A DNA stretch of 64,000 nucleotides, taken from the IMG/VR virus record IMGVR_UViG_3300031951_000099. One strand, written 5' to 3'. The stretch is from an uncultured virus (IMG/VR IMGVR_UViG_3300031951_000099) (taxonomy: Duplodnaviria > Heunggongvirae > Uroviricota > Caudoviricetes). The translations under genes were made by a program, and so were the position numbers. Positions 19,660 to 28,367 of the stretch are shown in pieces. Below the pieces are notes generated by a model, which worked only from the letters and a program-made list of their open reading frames with translations, was not told the DNA's origin and did no database searches. Positions within the stretch are counted from its first letter, which is position 1, and each line of letters starts with the position of its first letter.

Positions 19660-20370
19660 ATGAATGATCTAACACTAACACAACTTATACAAGAAATTCT
19701 TGACGAAGAATCAGAAACGGCCAAAAAAGCAAAAGCTATGGGATTGACCTACATGAAATTTGGTCGTTGGGGCAAGGACGGTAAAGTTACCCACACAACA
19801 CAAAACGGAGTTCTGACTCCTGCAAAAACAAACGCCGTAGGTACTAATCCTACCGCAGGTACGACGACACCTACGCCAATGAATAAAGTTCAGACCCCAG
19901 CAACTTCTCAACAACCAACTATAAAATCTCCGGGGTCGTTTAAAAAAGATGCCGGACAATCAATGTATAACGCAACATATCGTAGTATTTCTGCGGCAGG
20001 ACTAGGTAATAAAGATGCCTTTGACAAGGGATATGTCCCATTGACTGTTAAATCAGCAAGTCCTAAAAGTTGGTCTAGAGGTGATGGAGCACGACATAAA
20101 GATTGGATAACCGTGGAGCCCAACAGTGAGTGGCAACAATTTGACTCGGCAAAGGAAAAAGATCCCCAAGTAGTACAAAAGTCTCTACAACAATATATTG
20201 ATTCTACGGGTGCCAAGAAAATCGGTCAAATTAAAGGTCAGTTTGGTTCTTCCGCACACAATGATGTATATAAGTTGGGATCAACGTTGTTTGTTAATCG
20301 TGGAGATAGAGTAGAAGTGGGAAGCACGGGTAGATTAAAAAATAAGGATGTGTGGGGGTTTAAAAAATAA
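19660..20370 (+). CDS. Putative internal head protein (variable middle gene, copy A)
   Basis: Leader ...LIQEILDEE, then AKKAKAMGLTYMKFGRWGKDGKV, a Pro/Thr linker and a unique C-terminal domain. Confidence 0.7.
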   Translation: MNDLTLTQLIQEILDEESETAKKAKAMGLTYMKFGRWGKDGKVTHTTQNGVLTPAKTNAVGTNPTAGTTTPTPMNKVQTPATSQQPTIKSPGSFKKDAGQSMYNATYRSISAAGLGNKDAFDKGYVPLTVKSASPKSWSRGDGARHKDWITVEPNSEWQQFDSAKEKDPQVVQKSLQQYIDSTGAKKIGQIKGQFGSSAHNDVYKLGSTLFVNRGDRVEVGSTGRLKNKDVWGFKK

Positions 20371-20371
20371 T

Positions 20372-20782
20372 ATGATACGTCTCCGTGATTTATTGACCGA
20401 AGCAGAGACTAAAAAAGACACTCCCTACATGAGTGGGGATACTTATATTAGTAAGGAAGAAGCAAAGCGTATCTATGATTATATGGAATATGACTTTGAC
20501 TTCAACCAATTTGTTTTGGGCATGAACACGGAATTAGAACACCAAGATGTAACGGACGGGAGTTTAGTAAAAACAGCAATGATAGCTGCTGCTCATTTAC
20601 GGGAAGTTCCAGACTATTACACGAAATTAAAACAACACGTAGAAAAACAAAAAGTTTCCGAAGATGGTGCTCCAACGGGAGGAATCGGATTAAGTCTTCC
20701 CGGCGGTTATATTAATGGAGCACCAAAACCCAAAGATGTCAAAAAGATGCGGAAGCATCTCAATAAGGAGAAAGATCAATGA
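20372..20782 (+). CDS. DUF5661-like protein, copy A
   Basis: Start reassigned to ATG 20372. MIRLRDLLTE leader; GMNTELEH...IAAAHLREVPDYYTKL. Confidence 0.75.
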   Translation: MIRLRDLLTEAETKKDTPYMSGDTYISKEEAKRIYDYMEYDFDFNQFVLGMNTELEHQDVTDGSLVKTAMIAAAHLREVPDYYTKLKQHVEKQKVSEDGAPTGGIGLSLPGGYINGAPKPKDVKKMRKHLNKEKDQ

Positions 20783-20955
20783 TTCGTCTAAAAGATCCAT
20801 CGTCGGGAAATGTCAAGAAAGTCAATTTTGGTGATCCGAATATGAGAATTAAAAAGTCTAATCCAGCTCGTCGGAAGTCATTTAGAGCACGTCATAATTG
20901 TGCAAACCCTGGTCCACGCACAAAAGCTCGTTATTGGAGTTGCAGAAAATGGTAA
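20779..20955 (+). CDS. 58-aa paralog of the C-terminal domain of 19231-19653 (not in ORF track)
   Basis: AGGAG SD; MIRLKDPSSGNVKKVNFGDPNMRIKKSNPARRKSFRARHNCANPGPRTKARYWSCRKW. Confidence 0.8.
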   Translation: MIRLKDPSSGNVKKVNFGDPNMRIKKSNPARRKSFRARHNCANPGPRTKARYWSCRKW

Positions 20956-21695
20956 ATTTAACATCGTTATTACTATCGGAAGACGTGGGTGAAGAAGCCA
21001 AAAAACGTAATCTTCACCATATAGGTTGGGGACGTTACGCTGATGCTTCTGGTAAACTTGTAGCCAAAAGTGTGGATGGTAAACTAGTGGATGTCCCAAA
21101 GGATGAACTTGACCCTGAAGTAGACCAACCAACTAGAGACATTGAAGGTTTACCTAACGAAAAACGTCCGGGTGCATGGAAAAACTGGAAACCAAAATTA
21201 TCTACTACTGACGATGAATTACGTCAGTACAATTACGCAAGTAGAGCAATTAGAGCAATTGGCCCCGTGATGGGTTCTGAACGAGAGATAAAACATAGAA
21301 AACTTCCTCCTGGCGAAGTGACATATGAAAAAGGAGCGGGTAATCCATACGTGGCCAGAAATCCAGATGGAAAATTAGCATCATTTTCACACGACACATT
21401 TGCAGCCGCATTTGCAAACGGGAAATCATTGAAAGGATATGATTTTGTAAAAGATTATGATGGTTCTATGAAAAAATTATCAAAGGAACTAAAACCTACG
21501 CTTGATAAACTAAAGTCAGCTGAAACTGGTACCAATGATAAAGGTAAGATAAAATCTTTTTTAAGAGATTTAGTTACCGCATTTGTTTTAGGTACGCGCC
21601 GGGGCCGTAAAGGTTCCCGAGCGTCAAGTTCTGGAGGTAGCGGATTCGGCGGCGGAGGCGGGTTCAGTGGCGGCGGCGGGGGTTCATCGTTCTAA
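20949..21695 (+). CDS. Putative internal head protein (variable middle gene, copy B) with a Gly-rich tail
   Basis: Start reassigned to ATG 20949. MVNLTSLLLSE leader, then EEAKKRNLHHIGWGRYADASGKL; ends GGGGGFSGGGGGSSF. Confidence 0.7.
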   Translation: MVNLTSLLLSEDVGEEAKKRNLHHIGWGRYADASGKLVAKSVDGKLVDVPKDELDPEVDQPTRDIEGLPNEKRPGAWKNWKPKLSTTDDELRQYNYASRAIRAIGPVMGSEREIKHRKLPPGEVTYEKGAGNPYVARNPDGKLASFSHDTFAAAFANGKSLKGYDFVKDYDGSMKKLSKELKPTLDKLKSAETGTNDKGKIKSFLRDLVTAFVLGTRRGRKGSRASSSGGSGFGGGGGFSGGGGGSSF

Positions 21696-21696
21696 C

Positions 21697-21975
21697 ATGA
21701 TTTTACTTCGTGATTTATTGACCGAGGCCGATACCAAAAAAGACACTCCGTATGTGAGTGGGGATACTTATATTAGTACGGATGAAGCAAAACGTATCTA
21801 TGATTATATGGGATATGATTTTGACTTCAACCAATTTGTTTTGGGTATGAATGTAGAACTGGAACACCAAGATGTGACGGACGGGAGTTTAATCAAAACT
21901 GCGATGATTTCCGCCGCACATCTCCGAGAGGTTCCTGATTATTATACAAAGTTGAAACAATATGTGGAGAAATAA
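21697..21975 (+). CDS. DUF5661-like protein, copy B
   Basis: Start reassigned to ATG 21697. MILLRDLLTE leader; 10 differences in 92 aa versus copy A. Confidence 0.75.
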   Translation: MILLRDLLTEADTKKDTPYVSGDTYISTDEAKRIYDYMGYDFDFNQFVLGMNVELEHQDVTDGSLIKTAMISAAHLREVPDYYTKLKQYVEK

Positions 21976-21976
21976 A

Positions 21977-22312
21977 ATGATTCGTCTTACCGATTTATTG
22001 ATGGAAAACGCAGAACGTCGGGTCAACTTGATGAAAATTCAAGCCATCATGGAAAAATTGTACCCAGAACTAACAGATACCCAATCAAAAAAACTTATGG
22101 AATTGTGCACAGAAGTTCATATGATGGCTTCCCAAATGAATACCATCCCCTATATTAGAACAGAGAGTAGTTTAGTTGAATGGACCATTTTAGCTGCAGC
22201 ATTTAAGGCAAAAGTCACTGAATTAAAAGAAGAAGTAGTCAAAGTATGTGAAGATAAAAAAATTGATTCGGCGACTGTAGTAAAAGCACTTGACGAAGTA
22301 TTAACATATTAA
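21977..22312 (+). CDS. Small helical protein with the shared leader
   Basis: GGAG SD; MIRLTDLLME leader. Start reassigned to ATG 21977. Confidence 0.7.
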   Translation: MIRLTDLLMENAERRVNLMKIQAIMEKLYPELTDTQSKKLMELCTEVHMMASQMNTIPYIRTESSLVEWTILAAAFKAKVTELKEEVVKVCEDKKIDSATVVKALDEVLTY

Positions 22313-22322
22313 GTGAGGTTTT

Positions 22323-24197
22323 ATGGCAGACACTAGTGTTTTCGGAAGACTTAAAAAACTTTTTTCTACTAACACCATTGTAAGAAACGTTGGAGGAAAA
22401 AAATTAAGAATTGCCGATACTGATCAAATCCAATCATTTGTCAATCGTCGTGGTGTAGACCGATATCATCGTGTATACCAGTCAGGCACTGGCGGGTATG
22501 GGTCACACCACGGTCGTTATGAAGCAGCTGCGGCGTTTCAAGGGGCTAGACTTCAACTGTTCCGTGATTATGACATGATGGATAATGATCCTATTGTCGC
22601 CTCTATCTTAGATATTTACGCAGACGAAAGTACGGTAAAGGACGAATTTAGTCGTATTTTGACAATTAAAACCGACGACACACAAATTCAAGAAATTCTT
22701 CATAACCTATTTTACGATATTCTGAACGTCGAGTTCAATCTTTGGCCGTGGATTCGTAACATGGCAAAGTATGGGGATTTCTTCTTGTACTTGGACATTG
22801 ATCCAGAATACGGAATTGTGAACGCCATTCCACTCTCCGTGTATGAAACGATTCGTGTAGAAGGTGAAGAACCTGGTAATCCTTTTTCCGTTAGATTTAC
22901 TATTCAAAATGATTTCTTAGCTCTCGGAAAAACAGAATTTGATAATTATGAAATTGCCCATTTCCGTTTATTAGCCGATACTAACTTCCTTCCATATGGC
23001 AAAGCAATGATTGAAGGCGGTCGTCGTGTATGGAAACAACTTCAACTCATGGAAGATGCAATGTTAATTCATCGTATCATGAGAGCACCAGACAAACGGA
23101 AGTTCAAGATTGATATCGGAAATATTCCACCCGCTGAAGTGGAAACTTACATGCAACGGATTATTGACCGAATGAAGAAGATTCCGTTAGTGGATCCAAA
23201 GACGGGCGATTACAATCTCCGTTATAACATGATGAATATTACGGAAGATTTCTACCTCCCGGTACGTGGTAAGGACAGTGGGACAGAAATTGAAACCATG
23301 CAAGGTCTGCAATTTAATGCTATTGAAGATATTGAATATCTCCGTAAGAAACTCCTTGCTGCATTCAAAGTACCGAAGTCATTTATTGGATACGAAGAAG
23401 ATATTAACGGTAAAGCAACGTTAGCGGCACAAGATGTTCGTTTTGCTCGTACGATTGAACGTATCCAACGGATTATGATTTCGGAACTCACGAAGATTGC
23501 TATTATCCATCTATATGTTCAAGGGTTCACGGACGAAAAACTCATCAATTTTGAATTATCGTTGACCAATCCATCCACGCTGTACGAACAAGAAAAGATT
23601 AATATCTGGAAAGAAAAGTTTGCTCTTGCCAAGGATATGACCGGTGGTCAAGCAGTTCTTCTCTCACAAGACTGGGTATATAATAATATCCTGGAAATGT
23701 CCGATGAAGAAATTGTGAAGGAACGTGAAAAGATCATGGAAGACATGAAACGTCAACAGGAACAACAGGCGGCAATGCAACCTCCAATGCCGGGGCAACC
23801 TGGAATGGACGGAGGAATGCCACCGGAAGGAGCTGAACTTCCTCCCGAAGAAACTCCGTCTGAAGAACAACCGCCAGAAGGAGACGGAGAACAACAAATT
23901 GATGACGTAGATCAAATCCTTTCTAGTCTAGAAGATATGGAAGATGATGAATCTGAATTGGAAGAAATGTTGATGAAAAACAAAGGAGGTCGTCCCCGTG
24001 AAGGATTAAAGTTTGGAACCGACAAACATCCGTTGGGACGTGATCCATTGGGACATAAAGAAAATAAAAAAGCCATGAAAAGAACACTTTCTGCTGAAAC
24101 TAAGACATTTTTGGACGTACTACAGAAAAAAGGAGTGAGTAAATACAGACAAATGATCTCCGAAAATATTCTAAGTGATGAAAAATTAGAAGGTTAA
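22323..24197 (+). CDS. gp20: Portal protein (T4 gp20-like)
   Basis: LMEDAMLIHRIMRAPDKRKFKIDIGNIPP; EDFYLPVRG..GTEIETM.G; DIEYLRKKL.AAFKVP; acidic, Pro-rich C-terminal tail. Confidence 0.95.
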   Translation: MADTSVFGRLKKLFSTNTIVRNVGGKKLRIADTDQIQSFVNRRGVDRYHRVYQSGTGGYGSHHGRYEAAAAFQGARLQLFRDYDMMDNDPIVASILDIYADESTVKDEFSRILTIKTDDTQIQEILHNLFYDILNVEFNLWPWIRNMAKYGDFFLYLDIDPEYGIVNAIPLSVYETIRVEGEEPGNPFSVRFTIQNDFLALGKTEFDNYEIAHFRLLADTNFLPYGKAMIEGGRRVWKQLQLMEDAMLIHRIMRAPDKRKFKIDIGNIPPAEVETYMQRIIDRMKKIPLVDPKTGDYNLRYNMMNITEDFYLPVRGKDSGTEIETMQGLQFNAIEDIEYLRKKLLAAFKVPKSFIGYEEDINGKATLAAQDVRFARTIERIQRIMISELTKIAIIHLYVQGFTDEKLINFELSLTNPSTLYEQEKINIWKEKFALAKDMTGGQAVLLSQDWVYNNILEMSDEEIVKEREKIMEDMKRQQEQQAAMQPPMPGQPGMDGGMPPEGAELPPEETPSEEQPPEGDGEQQIDDVDQILSSLEDMEDDESELEEMLMKNKGGRPREGLKFGTDKHPLGRDPLGHKENKKAMKRTLSAETKTFLDVLQKKGVSKYRQMISENILSDEKLEG

Positions 24198-24214
24198 TGA
24201 TGTTTCAAGATATT

Positions 24215-24222
24215 TACTTATA
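24215..24222 (+). promoter_or_regulatory. Putative late promoter variant TACTTATA
   Basis: Intergenic, 36 nt before ATG 24259. Confidence 0.45.
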
Positions 24223-24258
24223 TATGGTGGTTGTTTACTCGTCTAATACGGATAACAT

Positions 24259-25137
24259 ATGAACATCAAACATAATAAACTACGTAATACAGGCATTCTT
24301 TTTGAACTATTGGTAAGAAAAGTAGCCTCAGATGTCCTTGATAATAAATCTGACAGCTTTGCGGTTAGACTTATGCGAGAACATTTTCATTCAAAATCGG
24401 AACTTGGAAAAGAACTCCAATTATACCGTTCGTTTTTTAACGCCACTAAATTATCAGAAACAAAAGCACTTGATATGTTAGATTTAGTATTGGCAAAACG
24501 TAAAACATTAAATGAAAAAATGTTGGACGTACAAAAATTCTTGTTAATTAAAGAAATCAAACAACACTGTGACTTAAAGCAATTTATGTCAGGACGAGTT
24601 CCTTCGTATAAAGTGTATGCGTCCGTATATAAACTATTTGAATCCATGACCCGTGCTGATTCTGACCCATCTATGTTTATGCAAATAGACGAAATGGTGA
24701 ACGCACGGTTTGTTGTTGTGGAGCACTTAAAGGGTGAAATTAAAGAAGAAAAGATTGTCAAGGAAAGTAACTATTCGGAGGCATTAAAAGAGCAACCAGA
24801 AGAAATTCGGTATCTTTCATACAAATTCTTATTAGAACGATTTAACGAAAAATATAGTAATTTCAGTGATAAGCAGAAAGCATTATTACGTGAATATATT
24901 AATAACGGGACTGACCTTGAAAAGTTCGGTACGTACGTTGTTCAAGAAGCAAAAGAATTAACTCAACGAATCAAGAAAAATTCCCATAAAATTAAAAATG
25001 ACGTTACGAGAATTAAAATAAATGAAGTCACTTCTCAATTACAAAATATTCAAACAAAAACCGCAATAAAAGACAATTATATTACTGCGTTATTAATTGC
25101 CTACGAAATTTCACATCAACTTGATTCGTTGAGTTAA
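24259..25137 (+). CDS. Helical head-module protein (function unknown)
   Basis: Lies between portal and protease; IKHNKLRNTGILFELLVR...FNEKYS...QKALLREYI. Confidence 0.7.
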   Translation: MNIKHNKLRNTGILFELLVRKVASDVLDNKSDSFAVRLMREHFHSKSELGKELQLYRSFFNATKLSETKALDMLDLVLAKRKTLNEKMLDVQKFLLIKEIKQHCDLKQFMSGRVPSYKVYASVYKLFESMTRADSDPSMFMQIDEMVNARFVVVEHLKGEIKEEKIVKESNYSEALKEQPEEIRYLSYKFLLERFNEKYSNFSDKQKALLREYINNGTDLEKFGTYVVQEAKELTQRIKKNSHKIKNDVTRIKINEVTSQLQNIQTKTAIKDNYITALLIAYEISHQLDSLS

Positions 25138-25140
25138 TAT

Positions 25141-25605
25141 ATGAATAGAGAAGAAAAACTTCGTGAAATGATTCGGGAATTAATTGAACAAGAATTGAAT
25201 GAAATCAGTACCACTGCTGGTGTTGCGGGATATTTAACACCTAAAGCATTTGTTGGTGATAAGAAAGCAAATACTGATCACATCAAACAAATGGCCAAAC
25301 GTATTGGATATACATTAACTAAGCGTGGCGCAGAAGCTACGGGCAAAGGTGATAAGTTAAACGAAAATTATTATACTTACCGTAACGATCCCAATAAACT
25401 TCCACATCAAAAGATTGGAGAAGCCATTTCCGCAATTAATAAACAATTAAAGTTAATGGAAAAGGCGTTACATTACAACACACGTTTAAAAAACGAATAT
25501 GGTATCAGTAACGAATCGTTGTGGAAACGAACACAACATCAAATGACTAAATTAGAAGCACGACTCATGGAAATGGCTCGTCGCCTTCGTGAGATGCGAG
25601 GATAA
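25141..25605 (+). CDS. Putative prohead core or internal protein
   Basis: Leader KLREMIRELIEQELNE, then ISTTAGVAGYLTPKAF; coiled-coil C-terminus. Confidence 0.65.
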   Translation: MNREEKLREMIRELIEQELNEISTTAGVAGYLTPKAFVGDKKANTDHIKQMAKRIGYTLTKRGAEATGKGDKLNENYYTYRNDPNKLPHQKIGEAISAINKQLKLMEKALHYNTRLKNEYGISNESLWKRTQHQMTKLEARLMEMARRLREMRG

Positions 25606-25606
25606 T

Positions 25607-26191
25607 ATGGGACTTCTCTGTGAATATACCGAATTACATTATGACCGTAACATTCTAACGGAAGCGTTAGATGGAAGTAAACCTTTCATCCTAAAAAACG
25701 TCGTATTACAACGGGCTAATGCAAAAAATCAAAATGGTCGTGTGTATCCAAAAGAAGTATTGATGCGTGAGGCAGCAGTTTACAAGAAAAACTTCGTAGA
25801 TAGTCGTCGTGCATTAGGTGAACTGGACCATCCTGAAAGTCCCGTCGTCAACCTCAAGAATGTGTGCTGTAACGTGGTGGGGTTGTGGACGGACGGTGAT
25901 GATGTTAAAGGCGACATTGAAATTTTGACCACACCAACCGGTAATATTGTACGGGAACTCATCAAGAACAATATTCGTCTCGGAGTATCATCCAGAGGTA
26001 TGGGATCGGTGCGCCAAATGGGAGAAAATACGGTAGAAGTTCAAGAAGATTTCTCACTAATTTGCTTTGATATTGTAAGTAATCCCTCAACAATTGGGGC
26101 ATTCATTAACGAAAATGTACAGTCTAAGATTGTTACACCATATGATGCAATTGATAAATTGGTTCACGATTTCTTAAGCGAAGTTAAATAA
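25607..26191 (+). CDS. gp21: Prohead protease (T4 gp21-like)
   Basis: LQRANAKNQNGRVYP, ALGELDHP, LGVSSRGMGS, FDIVSNPST. Start reassigned to ATG 25607. Confidence 0.95.
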   Translation: MGLLCEYTELHYDRNILTEALDGSKPFILKNVVLQRANAKNQNGRVYPKEVLMREAAVYKKNFVDSRRALGELDHPESPVVNLKNVCCNVVGLWTDGDDVKGDIEILTTPTGNIVRELIKNNIRLGVSSRGMGSVRQMGENTVEVQEDFSLICFDIVSNPSTIGAFINENVQSKIVTPYDAIDKLVHDFLSEVK

Positions 26192-26201
26192 GGAGAATTA
26201 T

Positions 26202-26477
26202 ATGTTACTATTATCGGTAGTTCTTGTCGTTGCATGTGTTATTGCATGGTTTGTCATTAAAGATATGAATCAACCACTGGCAGATAAACTTGCAACTGCT
26301 GCAAAGAAAGTAGAAGATAAAGTTGAAACGGTAGTTGAAAAAGTTGCCGATGTCAATAAAGACGGAGTAGTCACTGTTGCCGACGCTAAAATTGTCGCTA
26401 AAAAGACAAAGAAGGTAGCAAAGACGGTAGTAGAAAAGGTTAAGAAGACACGTGGCCGTAAAAAGAAAACGGATTAA
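26202..26477 (+). CDS. Small membrane-anchored protein with an EF-hand-like loop and a Lys-rich tail
   Basis: AGGAG SD; N-terminal hydrophobic helix; DVNKDGVVTVAD; KKTRGRKKK. Confidence 0.7.
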   Translation: MLLLSVVLVVACVIAWFVIKDMNQPLADKLATAAKKVEDKVETVVEKVADVNKDGVVTVADAKIVAKKTKKVAKTVVEKVKKTRGRKKKTD

Positions 26478-26480
26478 CAC

Positions 26481-26870
26481 ATGCCAGCAGTTAGTAAGCA
26501 ACAACAAAAACTATTTGGACTAGTTCACGCGTATCAGATGGGAAAAGTTTCTTCTGATAAAGTGAACGATAAAATTAAAAAAATTGCCAAGAGTATCTCA
26601 CCAGAGGACGCAAAAAAGTTTGCGTCTTCTCGTGTTAGTATTGATGAAGTAAAAAAAGTATTTAATTCACCAACATATGTTCACGAAACATTACAAGAAA
26701 TTGTGAATACGAAAACGCCAACCTATGTGAAGGGAGAATTGGTAGATACATTTACTGCACAAATGCTTACAACTGTACTCAAGAAGTTAAATGAACATAA
26801 TAAAACTATGTTGTTACAAAAGCCACTGACTGAAATGGTGGCAATTTCATATAAAATATTAACGTATTAA
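26481..26870 (+). CDS. Hypothetical protein (DUF3008-like N-terminus)
   Basis: MPAVSKQQQKLFGLVHA...DAKKFAS. Confidence 0.6.
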   Translation: MPAVSKQQQKLFGLVHAYQMGKVSSDKVNDKIKKIAKSISPEDAKKFASSRVSIDEVKKVFNSPTYVHETLQEIVNTKTPTYVKGELVDTFTAQMLTTVLKKLNEHNKTMLLQKPLTEMVAISYKILTY

Positions 26871-26879
26871 GGGGGTTAC

Positions 26880-27095
26880 ATGTACGTAAAGGTCAATGAA
26901 GGAAAGGATGAATTAGGAAAGGCATTAAAACAGTTTACTAAAATGGTAAAAAAGTCAGAGTTAATACAAGAACTCAGAAATCGTGAACATTTCTTAAAAC
27001 CCTCTAAGAAGCGTATTTTTAAACGCCAAGAAGCATTACGCCGCAGAAAACGTGAAGAAAGACGAGCGGCACGACAAAAACATTACGATAATTGA
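26880..27095 (+). CDS. rpsU: Ribosomal protein bS21 (phage-encoded)
   Basis: 71 aa, basic; V.V......KALKQF.K.VKKSELIQELRNREHFLKPSKKR..KR..A.RR matches the bS21 pattern (R/Q-F-K, REH/Y-x-KPS). Confidence 0.9.
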   Translation: MYVKVNEGKDELGKALKQFTKMVKKSELIQELRNREHFLKPSKKRIFKRQEALRRRKREERRAARQKHYDN

Positions 27096-27116
27096 TATTT
27101 TAAAAATCCAACTATA

Positions 27117-27124
27117 TATTTATA
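27117..27124 (+). promoter_or_regulatory. Putative late promoter TATTTATA for the scaffold/capsid operon
   Basis: Intergenic, 97 nt before ATG 27222. Confidence 0.55.
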
Positions 27125-27221
27125 ATAGTAAAACACTAATTTTTTAATATTGGTGGTATTTTATTACATTTTAATAACAGATCCTAATATCTGTTTCTAA
27201 TCCTTATAGGAGTAACATAAT

Positions 27222-28346
27222 ATGGCACAAATTACCAACAAGCTTTTAAAAGAAGCCATTGCCGACGCAGAAGCAGTTCGTGAAACTGCTGTTGCGAACG
27301 CAAAGCTCGTTTTAGAAGAAGCAATTACACCACAAATTCGTGATATGATTGCCCGTCGTCTTCGTGTTGAAGCAATGGAAGGCGAGGAAGAAAAGGAAGA
27401 AGTGAAAGAAGAATCAGTAAAAGAACTTCCACACCAAGACGCTGAGGCAGAAGGAGGTGCAGACTTCCCAGCCGATTCATCAACAGTTGGCGCTTCCGAT
27501 AACAAGGAACCATCTGATGATGCATTTGACACATCGGCAATTGGCGACGGTGGTGAAAATAAAGAAGATAGTCACACGGATTGGTACGATGATTGGTCCG
27601 AAAGTGATTTTGACCTTGACGAAGTAATCAAGGAATTAGAAGAAGATATTGCACGTCTTTCAGAAGCAGAACACGAAGACGAAGCAGAAGAGAAGGAAGA
27701 AGCTCCAGAAGCTGAAAAGGCTCCAGAAGCAGAGGAAGAAATGAAGAAGGAAGGATGGAAGAAAAATGAAGTTTCACACGAAACTCAAGATGCAGATCCA
27801 TCAAAGTTTGCCAAAGCACCAGTCGTTGAAGACGATATGGAAGCTGGTGAAGAAGGTGAAGAAGAACTTGATCTTGAAGCAATTCTTGCAGAACTTGAAG
27901 CCGACGAAGACGAAATGGGCGCAAAGCCAGATGCTCATGACGCCAAAAAAGCAATGGCTGCTAAACTTGCGGGACTCAAGAACGAATTGGCACAATATCG
28001 GGAAGCAGTCAATATTCTCCGAGGCCGTTTACAAGAAGTTAACTTATTAAATGCTAAGTTACTCTTCACAAACAAGATGTTCCGTAAGGACTCTTTGACC
28101 AACGAACAAAAGATTCGCATTGTGGAATCATTTGATCGTGCAACAACGGTTCGTGAAGTGAAGTTAGTATACACAGCATTAGTTGAAAATCTTGCAACAG
28201 CAGCAAAGACGTTCAACACATCACGCAAGAAAGTTGTTACCGAAGGATTAGCCTCTAAGGCAACTCCAACAACGGCACCAAAGAAAGAAGTTATCGTTGA
28301 AAATACGGTAGCTCGTCGTTTACAAGAACTCGCAGGAATTATCTAA
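27222..28346 (+). CDS. Prohead scaffold/core protein (T4 gp22 position)
   Basis: Very acidic with a coiled-coil C-terminus; immediately precedes the capsid gene; ends RRLQELAGII. Confidence 0.8.
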   Translation: MAQITNKLLKEAIADAEAVRETAVANAKLVLEEAITPQIRDMIARRLRVEAMEGEEEKEEVKEESVKELPHQDAEAEGGADFPADSSTVGASDNKEPSDDAFDTSAIGDGGENKEDSHTDWYDDWSESDFDLDEVIKELEEDIARLSEAEHEDEAEEKEEAPEAEKAPEAEEEMKKEGWKKNEVSHETQDADPSKFAKAPVVEDDMEAGEEGEEELDLEAILAELEADEDEMGAKPDAHDAKKAMAAKLAGLKNELAQYREAVNILRGRLQEVNLLNAKLLFTNKMFRKDSLTNEQKIRIVESFDRATTVREVKLVYTALVENLATAAKTFNTSRKKVVTEGLASKATPTTAPKKEVIVENTVARRLQELAGII

Positions 28347-28367
28347 TATTATAGGAGATTTACCATT

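Larger units (their letters stand above)
19231..21975 (+). repeat. Diverged tandem duplication of a three-gene unit (19231-20782 and 20779-21975)
   Basis: Paralogous first and third genes with shared exact nucleotide runs, e.g. TATGAGAATTAAAAAGTCTAATCC at 19539 and 20841. Confidence 0.85.

Noticed and set aside
15202..25606. ORF-track starts at 15202, 16861, 19138, 20348, 20898, 21667, 21962 and 25589
   Set aside because: Most overlap upstream genes. Downstream ATGs fit better with SD motifs, gene packing or the shared leader.
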